Source: Hyaloraphidium curvatum SAG 235-1 (lineage: Eukaryota; Fungi; Monoblepharomycota). Taken from it: DNA of 64,000 bases. The notes beneath the pieces are model-generated. The model made no database searches. It was not told the DNA's origin and saw only the letters and a list, made by a program, of their open reading frames with translations. The position numbers were made by a program, and so were the translations under genes. Every line of letters starts with the position of its first letter. The first letter of the stretch is position 1. Shown piece after piece: positions 24,683 to 37,000 of the stretch. Location: contig JAIVFI010000032.1 in assembly GCA_025558095.1 (NCBI GenBank), forward strand, positions 124,001 to 188,000. Reading direction: 5' to 3'.

Positions 24683-26294
24683 ATGCGCAGGCCCGACGCC
24701 GCCCTCCCGTTGCTCCTCTCCTCGCTCGCCCTCCTCCTCTGCACCCCGGCGGCCCTCGCCCAAGCCCCGCGGCTCTTCCTCCAGCAGCCCAGCGATCTCG
24801 CGATAAACGCCCGTGCGGCGGCCCGCGGCGTGGAGCCCTTCCCCTCGGTGCTCCGCTGGCTCGCCGCCGACGCCGAAACGGCCTACGCTGCTCCCGTGGT
24901 GTCGGTCGGTGACGGCAAGCACCGCCCTGAGGGGTGGCAACGCGGTGATTACGTCTCCCTCTCTCCGTACTGGTGGCCGGACTGGAGCAAGCCCAACGGG
25001 CTGCCGTACTTCCGCCGCGACGGGCTGATCAACCCCGAGGTGGCCGAGTACACCGACAAGGGCAAGCTTGTGGTGAATGTCCTGGACTACACCGTCTCGC
25101 TGGGATACGCACACTACTTTGCCCGGACGTCGCCCGGCGCGTTCCCGCGCCCGGCCGAGGCGTACGCGCGCAAGGCCGTTGCGCAGCTCAAGGCGTGGTT
25201 CGTCAATCCGCAGACGCGGATGAACCCGAACATGAAGTTTGCTCAGATCCGGCCGGGCCTCCCGGCGAGCGCCACCGACGGAGCCACGGGGATCCTGGAC
25301 CTGTCGCGGGAGATCAGATTCGTGGAGGCCCTGGCTCTGCTGGCCAACAACACGAGGCTGTTTGACCGCGAGCTCGCGACGGGGCTGCGGTCTTGGTTCT
25401 CTGACATGCTCACTTGGCTCGAGACGTCGCGTCCCGGGCGCAAGGCGGCAACCTCGGGCAACAACCTGGGGATATACTACGACGGTACGTGCAGTATTGC
25501 GGCGGCAGCTCCGCGAAGGCGCTGATGATCTTCCCAACCTGTCAGGCCTGATCGGCATCCTCAAGCTATACCTCGGTCGCTCCGACGCCGCGACCTACAT
25601 TCGCAACGCCTGCCAATCCCGGCTGGACGTGCACGTCCGCCCCAGCGGCGAGATGCCCGCCGAGACGTCCCGCTCCGACTCGCTGCACTACACCATCTTC
25701 GCCCTCAAGGGCCTCCTCAAGCTCGCCATGCTTTCGGACCGCGTCACGCCCAACGGCCGCTTCGGCACGGGCGCGTGTTGGACCCACCCGAACTTCAAGC
25801 GCGCCATGGCGTACATCCTCCCCGCCGCGCTGTCCAACGACCCCAAGGCGTGGCCGCACAGAATGTCGGGCAGCCGCCAGTTCAAGCCGGCCGCGGGGTG
25901 GGAGCTGTACTACGCCGGGTGGCTGGCCTGGGGCAACAGGGGCCAGTTCCGGTTCGGGGACGCACAGGGCATGTGGGAGCGCGCCGGGGGCACGGGATTC
26001 TGGGGCCGCGTGTGGCTGCCCGAGCCAGGGACGAGGACGGCGGTGATCGGGCAGCAGGGGGCTGCCGCCGCGCGCAGAGTCGCGGCGGCGGATGGCTTGT
26101 CTGTTGCGGCGGAGCGGGGGGCGGTTTCCGTGGCCCCGGCGAAGTGGCCCACGGGGACGCCCGGCGGGGTCGCGGTGGGCGATTTGGCGACGGACTCGCA
26201 ATCGGACGCCTGCGGCCGGATCGCATGCGTGCCCTTCAAGCTGGAGAACGGGACAGTCATCATGGCGGCGGACATCGACGACTACGGCGAGTAG
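24683..26294 (+). CDS. Secreted alginate-lyase-family ((alpha/alpha)n toroid) polysaccharide lyase homologue
   Basis: Signal peptide LPLLLSSLALLLCTPAALA, then DYVSLSPYWWPD...NGLPYFRRDGLINPE, WFVNPQTRMNPNMKFAQ, NNLGIYYD and ETSRSDSLHY. Intron at 25485-25545. An alternative upstream ATG at 24614 is possible. Confidence 0.85.
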
Positions 26295-26700
26295 GCGCTG
26301 GGCGCCTCCTGCCGGCACGGAAGTTGCTTTGGAAACCTGGGCCACTGCAGCCCTGCCACTTGGGAATCCACGCACCACTACCTTCGGAAACCGACACCCA
26401 CCCTCTCTTGGTCGATCTCCTTCTTGATCAGATATCACCCCTGCTTCTCGATGAGATATCACCTACGTCGACCTATATCCCTTTGTCTATGTTGACGCAT
26501 GCGCTCTGATATTGCGCACCACCAGGAAGACTGCAGAGATGAATTATAGATTCTGAATATGTACACATCTCACTATTGGAATCAAATGGAATCTCGAAGA
26601 GGTCGATGGGAGAGCAAGGACATCCTGCGGTTGTGATGAAGCGCGTCGGGAGAGCCCGAGGTCATTTTCCTGCTTCCCGTTCTGAACCCCGCTGGCCGCG

Positions 26701-27973
26701 ATGGCGAACCTTTACGGCGTCGCAGCGGTCGGCGACGATGCCGGCAACGGCGCGGCGTCGTTTGCTGCGGGCGGCGGCGTCAGCTTCTTCGGCCACCCGG
26801 CGCCGGCAAAGGGCGGCTCGCCGTCGCCGTCGCCGAGCGCGACGCTCGGCGCGCCGTCGCCCGCCCTGCGCGACGCGGCGGCGTTCGACCAGGCGATCCT
26901 CAACCACCTGTACTCGGCGTTCCTGAGCGGCAGCTACTCGGACTTGCTGCTGCGTTTCCACGGCGCGGCCGCCGGCGCGGAGATGGTCGCCGAGTTCCAG
27001 GTGCACAGGATGATCGTGTGCCGCAGCCCGCTCGTGCAGCAGCTGCTGCAGCAGGGCGGCATGGGCGGGTGCGTGGCCTGCCGCCGCCCGCTGGACGCCC
27101 CTGACGCGCCCCCAGGTTTTACGATCTGACCGTGCCCATCACCGACCCAAACATCACGCAGGAGGGCCTGACAGTGTGTCTGGGCTCGCTGTACTCGTCG
27201 CACTCGCGCGACGCGTTCGCGAACTCGCTCTTTTCGGAGGACCCGGCCACGCAGTCGAAGTACCTCCGGAGCGTGCTGGGCTCGGCCCTGCTGCTCAAGC
27301 TGCCCGAAATGGCGCAGCTTGCGGTGGACCTGATCAAGGGCGACATCAACCGCGGCTCCTTGATGGACTACATCACCTTCATCTCCCACCCCGATTTCAG
27401 CGAGCTCTACCAGCCCTACGCCAAGGACATCCGCGACAGCGTCTACACCTACCTCTGCAAGATCGCCGTCCGCGAGATTGCCAGCCAGGGGCTCGAGGGG
27501 AGCGCCAACATCTGGGGCAACAAGAACTCGGACGCCTACAAGGAGCTCGTCCGGCTCTTTGCCGAGCTGCCGTTCGAGTGGCTCAAGACCGTGGTCGAGA
27601 GCAAGATGTTCGAGGTCCCGACGGACAAGGAGCGGTGCGTTTCTGCCGTGCTTGCTTGCCTCTCGTGGTCTCATTTCGGTCCAGGCATGAGTTTGCGCGG
27701 CAGATCATCGCTCTCCGGTCACAGACCCACTCTCCCAACCGGCCACAGATCCTCGCTGGCGAGGAGAACGTGCTGCTGGCTTTCGGTGGCCGCGACGGCA
27801 ACAAGTCCGGCGTCACCATCGTGCGCAAGGCGCGGCCGCAGCCCTCGCAGCACCAGCAGCAGGGCGTCTACGGCGGAGGCCGGCCGAACGGGGGCATGGC
27901 CAACGGCAACGGCATGATGATGAACGGTTCCGGGCACCACGAAGGGCGCCGGATCTGGAAGATCGGGGATTGA
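26701..27973 (+). CDS. BTB/POZ-domain protein; 3 exons
   Basis: NHLYSAFLSGSYSDLLL...FQVHRMIVCRSP, then DPNITQEGLTVCLGSLY and LPFEWLKTVVES. Two short GT-AG introns join ORFs 26701, 27132 and the 3' part of 27176. Confidence 0.8.
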
Positions 27974-28105
27974 GCCGGGAGCGGCTCCGGACTACTTCCT
28001 AATGCAGATGATCTGTTGCCACGTGACCGCTCATTCTGTATAGCAATACCAGCTTCCAAGACCAGGATTCTGTACCAAACAGCACGCAAAAAGAGCAGGC
28101 GCGAT

Positions 28106-29568
28106 CTATCGCAAGTTGATGGTCTCCTGCGATCCCAGGACGGTATCCAGCTCGTCCAGGATCCGGAAGAACTCCTTGGCGGAGGCGTCCACGCTGTTCC
28201 TGTTTGCGAAGGAACCCCCGACCCGCTCCCTCTCGCCCTGCTGCCTCTCCATGCGCACCTTCTCGGCGGTGCGCTCCCTCTGGATCGAGGGACCGAAAGT
28301 CGTGCCCGCGACCAGCGCGGAATAGTTCGTCGGGAAGATGGCCGTGCTGCCCTTCGGCCTCTTGGTCGGCGACGACTCGACCGTCGTGAAGGTGGAGATC
28401 AGGGCCTTGACCCTGGATTGCTCAACCTGCGGCTGCGACGCCAGGTCCTCGCCGCTCTGGATGCGGTTGAGCGCCCGCTCGAGATCGCCCGCGAACGAGT
28501 CTGCCTGCGCCTTTTCCTCGTCCCCGAAGAGCGTCGTCGACGACAGGAAGTTGGTCACGTCCTCCTGGGCGATGTCGCCGCTCTGGATGCTGAGCGACTC
28601 GACGATCTTCTGCTGCTCGATCTTGAACGAGAAGCACCGGCTGGCCATGCGGCTGACAACCCTGCTCTCGGGGGGCGTGCGCAGCGCGTCCTCCAGCATG
28701 AGCGAGAAGCGGTTGACCACGTCGGCGGTCTCCACGGGGCTCTCCGTCTCCTTGCCAGGCTCGGGCAGGGGCGGCAGCACCACGACGGAAGGCGCCGACC
28801 GCGAAACCTTGCGCGAAAACACGCCCGACTCGGGCGGCGCCTCGATGCCCAGGCCACCCGAAACCCCTTCGCCCAGCACCTCCTTCTCCATATCCTTGGC
28901 TCGCTTCAGGGCCAGGAGGCTTCCCCGCTCCCTGCGCTGGATGAGCGGGGCAGGCGCGGGCTCCTTGTGCAGGTGATCAATGTTGCGGCTCGCCACCGTC
29001 GTGGTCTGAGTGATCATGCGCCTCAGGTCCGCATTCTCCGCCTCCAGCCGCTTGCAATGGGCCTGGAGGTCGGCCAGCCGTGCCGTGAGGTCCGCGATAT
29101 GGGCACTCTGCGTCGACGCGCTTTCGGGTCGCCGTCAGTTTTGGACGCGCCCAAGCATGCGCCACGCACGTCTTCTGGAGGTCAATGACGTCCGTCATGA
29201 TCCTCTTCTTGGCGTCCCGGAGCTTCTTGACGGTCGTAAGGAGCTGATTTGCCTCGGAGACGGCGGCATCTGTCCGGGGACGCTCTGTGTTATGACCTGT
29301 CAAAACAGGACACCCCCGACGACGCACCCCGCTCCCCAATCATCCTGCCCAGCTCCATTGGAATGGGCTTCGCGGATCCGCCCAGCGAGAACAGACCCTT
29401 GCCCGGGGCGGCGGCGAAGCAGCTGGCGGGGACCTCGTCCAAGTCCGCGTTGTTTGCGTCCGGGGACGCCGGCGCGTCGGGCTTCAGCGACGGGCCCGTG
29501 CGCCGGGGCGGGCCGTAGAACGGCCTAGGGACGGGGCCCTGCCCGCTGCTCTTGATTTCAATCTCCAT
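28106..29568 (-). CDS. Hypothetical coiled-coil protein; about 3 exons
   Basis: ORFs 29290..29568, part of 28977..29339 (EANQLLTTVKKLRDAKKRIMTDVIDLQK) and 28106..29017 can be joined through short introns. Codon usage is coding-like. Confidence 0.55.
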
Positions 29569-29784
29569 GGTGCGGCTCGGTGCGGGCGCGCTGTTGATTC
29601 CCGGGGTCAGTGTGGGTCACAAACAGGACCTGATCACGAATCAGCCACGCACGGTCCCGCGCGGCGATCCGAAGCGCCCGCAATCTTGCCACCCGGCGAC
29701 ACCCAATCGCGGGCACTGAACGCAGGTTTTCGGCCCATTCCGCTGCGCAATAATGCCGGCCAGACCTCTGCGCGTCTCTGGCAT

Positions 29785-30951
29785 GGATGCGGTGCTCTTC
29801 ACTCCGCCGAAGTACGAAGCGGAGGACTCGCCGGACGATTCCAGGCCGAAGATCTTTGACGAGACGACGGGCCGCGCGTGGAAGCCGGAAGTCGACCTGT
29901 CGTCGTCTTCGACCAACATCCTCATCGTCAACGAGTTCTTGAGGCAGAGGGCGGACGCGGGCGATGGCAAACCAGGGCCGAGCGCATCCGGGCGGCCCGA
30001 AGTCTCCCAACCCCCCGCTCCCCCAAGGCAAGCGTTTGCGACTCCATGCCGCCCCAGCTTGCTTTTCTCACGATGCTCCTTAGGCCCAAGTTCCCCCTGA
30101 TCCTCTACGTCACGAGGTCGGAAGAGATTGCGGATGCCTTCGGCGGCGTGTACGCCCGGCCCACAGACGAAGCTCTCGTCAACAGGGGCTTGCTCCATCT
30201 CGTAAACGCGCAGAGCTACTATCAATTCTCGCCCGAAGCGCGCCGCGCTTCCCACCTCCTGTACACGAACTTCATTGTGGTTGCGTTGGCTCAGGAGGAC
30301 CTCGCCGTTCGGGACGCTGAGGAAGACCGCAGGTTCCGGGCCGCACCCCCGGCTCGCAGGGGCCAGCTCCGTTCCGCGCTCAACATCGTCCTCGACTCCA
30401 TCCTCGAACACTTTGGGGAGGACATCGACGAGGAGAGGATCATTCTTTGTGCAGGCCCGACCGGGCGCAGCAACTGGCAGACCATCTGGATGGCTGGTAT
30501 TCAGCAGCCGCATCGATTCGCATGCGTTGTTCCCGTCACCGGCTGCCCGTCGCTCGGCGGGTCGGTGGACGAGGATGACGAAGATTCGAGAGGGTACACG
30601 TACTGGTCGCGAACTGTGCAGCTGACTGCTCCTGAACTCGAGCACGTTTCGGTTGTGTCGCTCATAGTCGAACCGGATGCCGCCTCCTATGGTGGTAGCT
30701 CGGAGTTTCCGGAGGTCATGGGGCTTGCCACGTTCTCCATCTCTGCTCTGGCCCTGCGACACACCATTGCGGTGGAAATGATGTCCAGCCTGCGTGCCTC
30801 GGGCAACAAGAAGACGATTGAGAGCAAGGTGACTCTCCCCCGGAACGTCAAGGAGAAGTACAACGAAGTTGGCAACCCGTACGCCTCGGTCGATTTGGTC
30901 AAGCACCTGATCGGCCAGAGGCGAGCAAAGAAGACGGTTGTGAAGCTGTGA
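29785..30951 (+). CDS. Hypothetical globular protein with one probable GC-AG intron
   Basis: ORFs 29753..30100 and 29878..30951 join in frame via AG|GCAAGC...TAG|G (30028-30083). No family recognised. The start could be 29753. Confidence 0.65.
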
Positions 30952-31031
30952 ACCTCCCGGTAATCATTGACAGTGGAAATGTAGTTCCTTTTCAGCCGAA
31001 GTACATCTTGGTATCGAGGGAATATCTCCGA

Positions 31032-34000
31032 TCAATCATCCGCATCGCTTTCGTCCTCGGCGGCCATCCGCATCAAGACGCGTTTGGAGTAGTCGGCCGC
31101 CGACCGTGCCGTCGCAGCATCGAGTTGCGTGAAGTAGGACTGTTCGGGTCGTTCAGACTCCCGAAGCCGGCAAAACACAAGCAAACCGCACTCACGTTCG
31201 GGATATCCGACTTCCGCTTGAGGTTGAAGGCGTACATCAAGGCTCGCTCCGCGGCCAGCTTCGCCGGAATGTTGCGATCCCGGACGCACGCAAACATCGG
31301 GCCGACCAGGCTGGGGATATAGGGCTCGAGCATGCCGTGGTGCTCCTTCGCTGCGGTCTTGATCGCAACAAGGGCCTCGCGTTTGACGTCGCTAGCCTTG
31401 CCGTCCGTGACCAAGATGCTCCCCATCCGCGGTGCAAGGGTGTCTACCGCGAGCTGTTCCACATCGGGAGCAGCAAGAATCGCCCGGGCCGCCTTGATGG
31501 CAGCTTCTGCAACCACGGCCTGGGCACAGACAAACGTCAGTCCCGCGAGAAGCAACATCATCCGTGGAGTAGCTAACCTTGTCATCGCCGCACAACTCGT
31601 CGACCTTGGCGATAAGCTCCTCGCGCATTCCGGCGTCGGCAAAGAAGCTCGGCGACTCGCGCATGATGTGGAGCACCATGAGTCCCATCGCATGCCCCTG
31701 CGTCCAATTCGCCGGCGGCGAAAAGACGAACGATGAAACGAGGGCCTTGGCATCCTCCATCGGAAGCTTTGAAACATACGCCCCCAGGCACTTGGCGGCC
31801 TGCACTCGAATCTCCGCGTCCGCGTCCACGCCAGATGAAGTTGCGTCTTCGATCGCCTTCTCGATCGCGCGCTTGCTGGCATCGCTCAGCTCCCTACCGG
31901 GCCCGAGCGAGCGAATGAGCCCGACAAGGGCGGCCAGCGTCGCTTCGCGGACACCGCGCTCTTCATTCGGCCTCGCGCTGGCCACGATCTCAGCGACGAG
32001 AGGATCTAGTTTGCTCTGCAGGCCGACAAAGACGAGCAGGGCCTTGGAGGCGCCATCTCGAACGACGGGCGAAGGGTCCGTGAGGCTCTTTGTCAAGGTC
32101 CGCTGGAGCTGCGGCAGGAACGGCCGCAGCTGGCCAGGAACTTTGTCCAGCAAAAGAGTAATAGTCTGAAGCATGGCACCTTTCACGTTTGGCATGACGC
32201 GCTCGCCCATGATTCGGATCAGAGGACCGGTGATCTGCGTGACAAAGGCCTTGAGACCCTCGGGCGTGGTCCGCACGATGATGTCTCCGATGCCGAGCGC
32301 CGACTGCTCGCGGATGTCGGGCGACGAGTACATGAGCCCTTGGAGGAAGATGGCAAGGAGCGGTGCTATGCCCTTCGGCAGCGAAAACCCGGCAACGGCG
32401 GCGTCGTCGCCGTGGTAAGGAATGGAAGCGATCGCACGCCGCGTCTGGTAAACATAGCGGTCCAGGTCGTCCTTCTTGACGCTCTTGGTGAGGGCGTCCA
32501 GCGCCCGCCAAGACGATTCCACCATGGTCGGGTCCTCGTCGTTCAGCAGAGGGACAAGGGTGGAAATCCAGTCGTTGATGTAGATCGACATGTCGGCGGA
32601 GGATTCCGAGAACAGCGCCGAGACGACGAAGGCCGCTGCCGAGCGTTCCTTGTGCTTCGGGTCGGAGATGCGCTCCGAAAGGAGCGAAACCAAGCCGTGG
32701 ACCCCGTCGTCTTCCACGGAGCGGAGCAGGACTCTGATGGCGTCCTCGATGTCCGGTACGGCGTCGTCCTTCTGCCCCAAGGCCTCCATGAGCGCGGGAA
32801 GGATTGTCCCGATCCTCCTGTTTATGGCGCTTCCCGAAACCGAAAGCACGCTCGCCAGGGCACGGGCATTGAACGCGGTTATGGGTTTCTGCAAGAGCGT
32901 GGGCAGCAGCGTCGGGAGAACGACGTTGGCCTTGACGGCCATGATACCCTTGAGCGCCTCCAAGGCGCTCCCCGATGGATCGCCCAACTTGAGCTGGGCA
33001 ATGAGCGTGGGAAGAATCTCGTCGACGGCCTTGCCTCCCATGTGCTCCTGCAGCATGTCGAACGCCTTGGCGGCCTGCGTCCGGATCTCAGGAACGGAGT
33101 CCGCGAGCGCCTTCTGGGTGAGGGGAACCAGCTGGACCGCGTACTCCTCAATGACGGCCTTGCCGGCGTGCGCCATGATTTCGGTCATCCCTATGCAGAC
33201 ACCCTGCCTGACGTTGGGGTCGTCGCTCTCCAAGCCACGCTGGAAGACCGGCATGATGTCCTGCAGCACGTTCTCGCCCAGCTTGCGAACTAGGTCCGCC
33301 AACGTGCGCCCGGCGACGGATCGCTTGTCGTAGCTTTCGCTGCCCAAGGAGCTGATGAGGATCTCCATCATCACCGGAAGGATCTCCTTGATGGCCCTCG
33401 GCGTGTTGGAAACGATGCTCTTCCAAACATGCTGCAGAGGGGTCAGATTGCGACGACACAAGTCCAACTCGGGGAACCCACCAAGCTGGTCGACCGCACG
33501 ACCAGGTTGACGTCGTTCCTGACGATGTACACCCGCGCGAGCACGTTCTGGTAGCGCTCCATGCCCAGAGTGTCCACCAGCGCACGACGGCCAATCTCGG
33601 TGCCCAGCATTTCCTCGTCGGCATCCGTGGCCGCCTTGCCCGAGACTCCGGTCACGCGGTACAGCAGATCGCCGAGCAAGGTGATGGAGCTCTGCCGGAT
33701 CCGCCAGTTGTCGTCGAAAATGCCGCGTTCCAGCTCGGGCAGCAGGAGGTCGATTGCTGAGCTCGAGTAGTTGCGCACCACCATCTGGCCAGCCTTGAGA
33801 CTGACATCTCGGACGGATTCCGACTCGTCGGCCAGGCCCTTGAGGAGCGCCGGCACCACGGTGGGCAGATAGGGCACGTAACGCTCCTTGAAGGTCGCAG
33901 GGAGGTAGATGAAGAGGGTGAGGAAGCCCTCCCGCACGTAAACGCGCGAACTGTTGGTGTTGGCGACGAACTCGGGCAGCAAGCCGTCGAAGCGGTCAAT

Positions 34001-37000
34001 GTCCAGACCGGCCAGCACCTCGCTGAGGCCTTGGGCCGCGCCGGACCGGTCCACGCTTCCGCTATCCGACTTGAGAATCTGGATGAGCTCCCCGACCAAA
34101 CCGGGGAAGTTGTCCTCGCCGAGCTTCTGCACGACCGTCCCAAGGGCCTTGGCGGCGATGGCTCGAGTCTCCGGTACGGGATCCACCAACACCCCTTTCA
34201 GTAACGGGAGCAAGTCACCCATGTACGGCAGCAGGTCCTTGGCTTCCGTGAGCATGGCCATGCTGCCCATGATCTGAGCAGCCCGCTTCTTGGTGTCTGT
34301 GCTGCGTTCGCGGAGGCCGCGCTTGAGAATCGGCACGACAAGCGCCAAGCTGGGCGCATCTATGTAATGCACGAAGGCCGTTTCGAGCAGGGCGGTGAGT
34401 GCCGAGTGTGTCTTGTTGTTCGGGTCGACGAGGGCATTGAGCAGGATGGGGACCAGGAACTGGATTTCGGGGTTGCGAATGACCTCGCCGAAGTGCACCA
34501 GGGCCGTCCGCGCCGCTTCCTGAACCTTGATGTGGGTGTCGGCCAGGACATCGGTCAGTCGCGGCACGATGACCGGCAAGCTGGCCGTCAGTTGTTTGGG
34601 CGCCATGAATGCCTAAAGGCAACCTTCAGAACTTTTGATATCGCGGGGGACAGCGGGCAACGTACCATGCTCCCGAGAATCTCAATGCTTCCGACCTTAG
34701 ACCTCCAATTGGGCGACTCAAGGCCTGTCAGCAGACTGGGCAGGATGAGCTTGACACCGTGCTGGCTGATTTTGCCCATGATCGCCTTGGCTGTGTCCCA
34801 AGTAGCTTCGCGAACTTCTGCCTTTCCGTCGCCAAAGCAAGGAACTACGAGGGGAAGCACCTGAATGATGTACGGTTCGAAAAGGCGTCCGAGCGTCGTG
34901 CTGAACATTTCGTAGGCCAGCAGCGCGCCTTCGCGCTTCTCGGCCGACTTCTTGTCTTCGATCGCAGCCTTCAAGTCCGCCATGATGTTGTAGTCGCGGA
35001 GGGCCGCAATACCTCTGCCCTTGACCAGGCCGGCCAATCCGTATGCCGCCCCCCTCCGTTCGGCATAGCTCTGGCCGTTGAGGAGCTGATCCATGAGCTG
35101 TGCGGCAACGGTCGCAGCTTCGTCCTTCAGACCCTTGGCCAACGGAGGTAGGCATTCCGCGACGGCCATCTGGACGCTCTCCGACGGAGTTTTCAGCGTC
35201 TCGAGCAACTTCTTCAGAATCGGGGCCACGTGCGGGTCGTCGCTGGCAAGATGCTGTGCGATCGTGCCCAGACCGACGACGATGGCCTCCCGGATGCGGT
35301 CGTGGGTTTCCGACGGCTTGGCCGGGGCCTCAAGGTACCCGTCAAAGACCGGTAGGAGCGCAGAAGTGTTCTCTTTGCCGTGCGCATTGATGATGGCGAG
35401 GCACGCTTCGAGCATGAGCTTGCGGACCGCCTCGGATTTGTCGCCCAGCGCCTCGTCGTAGATGAGGAAGCGGAACACGCTCTGCAAGTCGTCACCGTCC
35501 GAAACGGCCGGGGCACAACTGCGCAGAGCCCTAGCCAGACCGCAGCGCGGCATCGGCACGTCCGGCTTTTCCAGCGACGACTTGATCAAGATGCCGAACT
35601 CGTCGTACTCGGGAACCGGCGGAGCGACTTCCTTCCGGTAGATGTTGTAGAGTGCGTCCAAGGTCGGTCTGACCTCGCCTTCCTCGAGCTCCAGGATCGC
35701 GCCCAGGCCTTTCCCTGCCGACGTCTGGATCGCCTCGACGTGATTCGTGACCACTTCCAAGAGCATAGGCAAGAGGTCCACGTCCAAACAATCTTCCCCA
35801 TTCTTGATTGCCCAGGACTCGCTGGCGGCTTCGCCAACCGCGCCTTCCTCGAACTTGCCGCACCAGAGGGCACAGTCCACTCGGGCGGAAAGCGTCTCGT
35901 TTTCGGAAGCGTCCAGGTACTTCATGCAGTACAAGGCCGCTTCCCGACTCGCGGCCTCGGTCGACAAGGCTCCTTGAAGCAGCTCCTCGAGGACCTCGAT
36001 GCTAGACCCGTGGCCCGCGACGTCGACACCATTCTGGTGCTCTTCGGCAGACCCGTTCACTCCATCGTCCCGAACGAGCTTCGAGTCCCCGACGCCCTGG
36101 CAAAGCGCCATCAAGGCCTCGCGACCGTCGGCTCCGAACTTTGTAGCAAGTCGCGAAATGAGTCCGATGAGAACCCGCGCCATGCGGGCCGTCGGAACTT
36201 CCGGATCCGTGGTGATCGGATAGCTGCGACAGTGCGAAGCCAGGATGGCGAGGGCTTTTGCGACGAGGTCCACTTTGGCCTTTGCCCCGATCGAAGTCAC
36301 CTTCGCAGCATCGGAAAGAACGACTTCGAGAAGCGGGAAAAGGTAGATGAACGAAGCTGCCGGCATGGGAGATGAAGCAGACGATTCGAGGCGGTCCAGC
36401 GTGGAAGACAGAAGGTCTGTCACGGAAGTGTCAGAGGCGAACCAGTCACAGGCAAAGGTGTGTCATACCTTGGAGAGACGTGCCCTTCCAGGGATTTCCT
36501 GGAAGTGGAATGCCATGAGCCTGCAGCGTTGCAAACTGAAGTCGCGGGGGATGAACGGCAGCTCCCAGACGCCATCCGGCGCAATCAGCGAGCGCTACGT
36601 AAGCGTCGACCGCGTCTCCAGCAACGGCTGAAATCAAAGACCCCGTCGGGTCGGCGGCGGGAACGCGGCCAATCAAGAAGTCGCGCAATAATGCCTGCAC
36701 CAAGTCGGCCATGAAGGGAGCCAGAGCATCCGCAGTTTCCGTAGCATCCTCTTCGTCTAACTCGCCGTCATCGAGCTCGGAAGCGGCGTCGATCACGGCA
36801 CGCAGTACGCTGAATGCAGTCCGAAGCGAATTGACGCTCGCGTCCGCCTTGGCGCGCACCTCGGCCTCTTTCTTGAACTGAGCATCTTGAAGCTCCTTCT
36901 CCTCCTTGTTGAGCTGGCCTGTGGCTCCCGCAGCCTTCCCCTTTGCAGCGAGCTCCTTCCGCAATTGAGCATCAAACTTTTCGTCCTTGGTCCGCGGAGC

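Noticed and set aside
26420-26465. Imperfect 24-bp-period duplication (cttctYgatSagatatcacc)
   Set aside because: Two degenerate copies in an intergenic or UTR region, with no further support for function.
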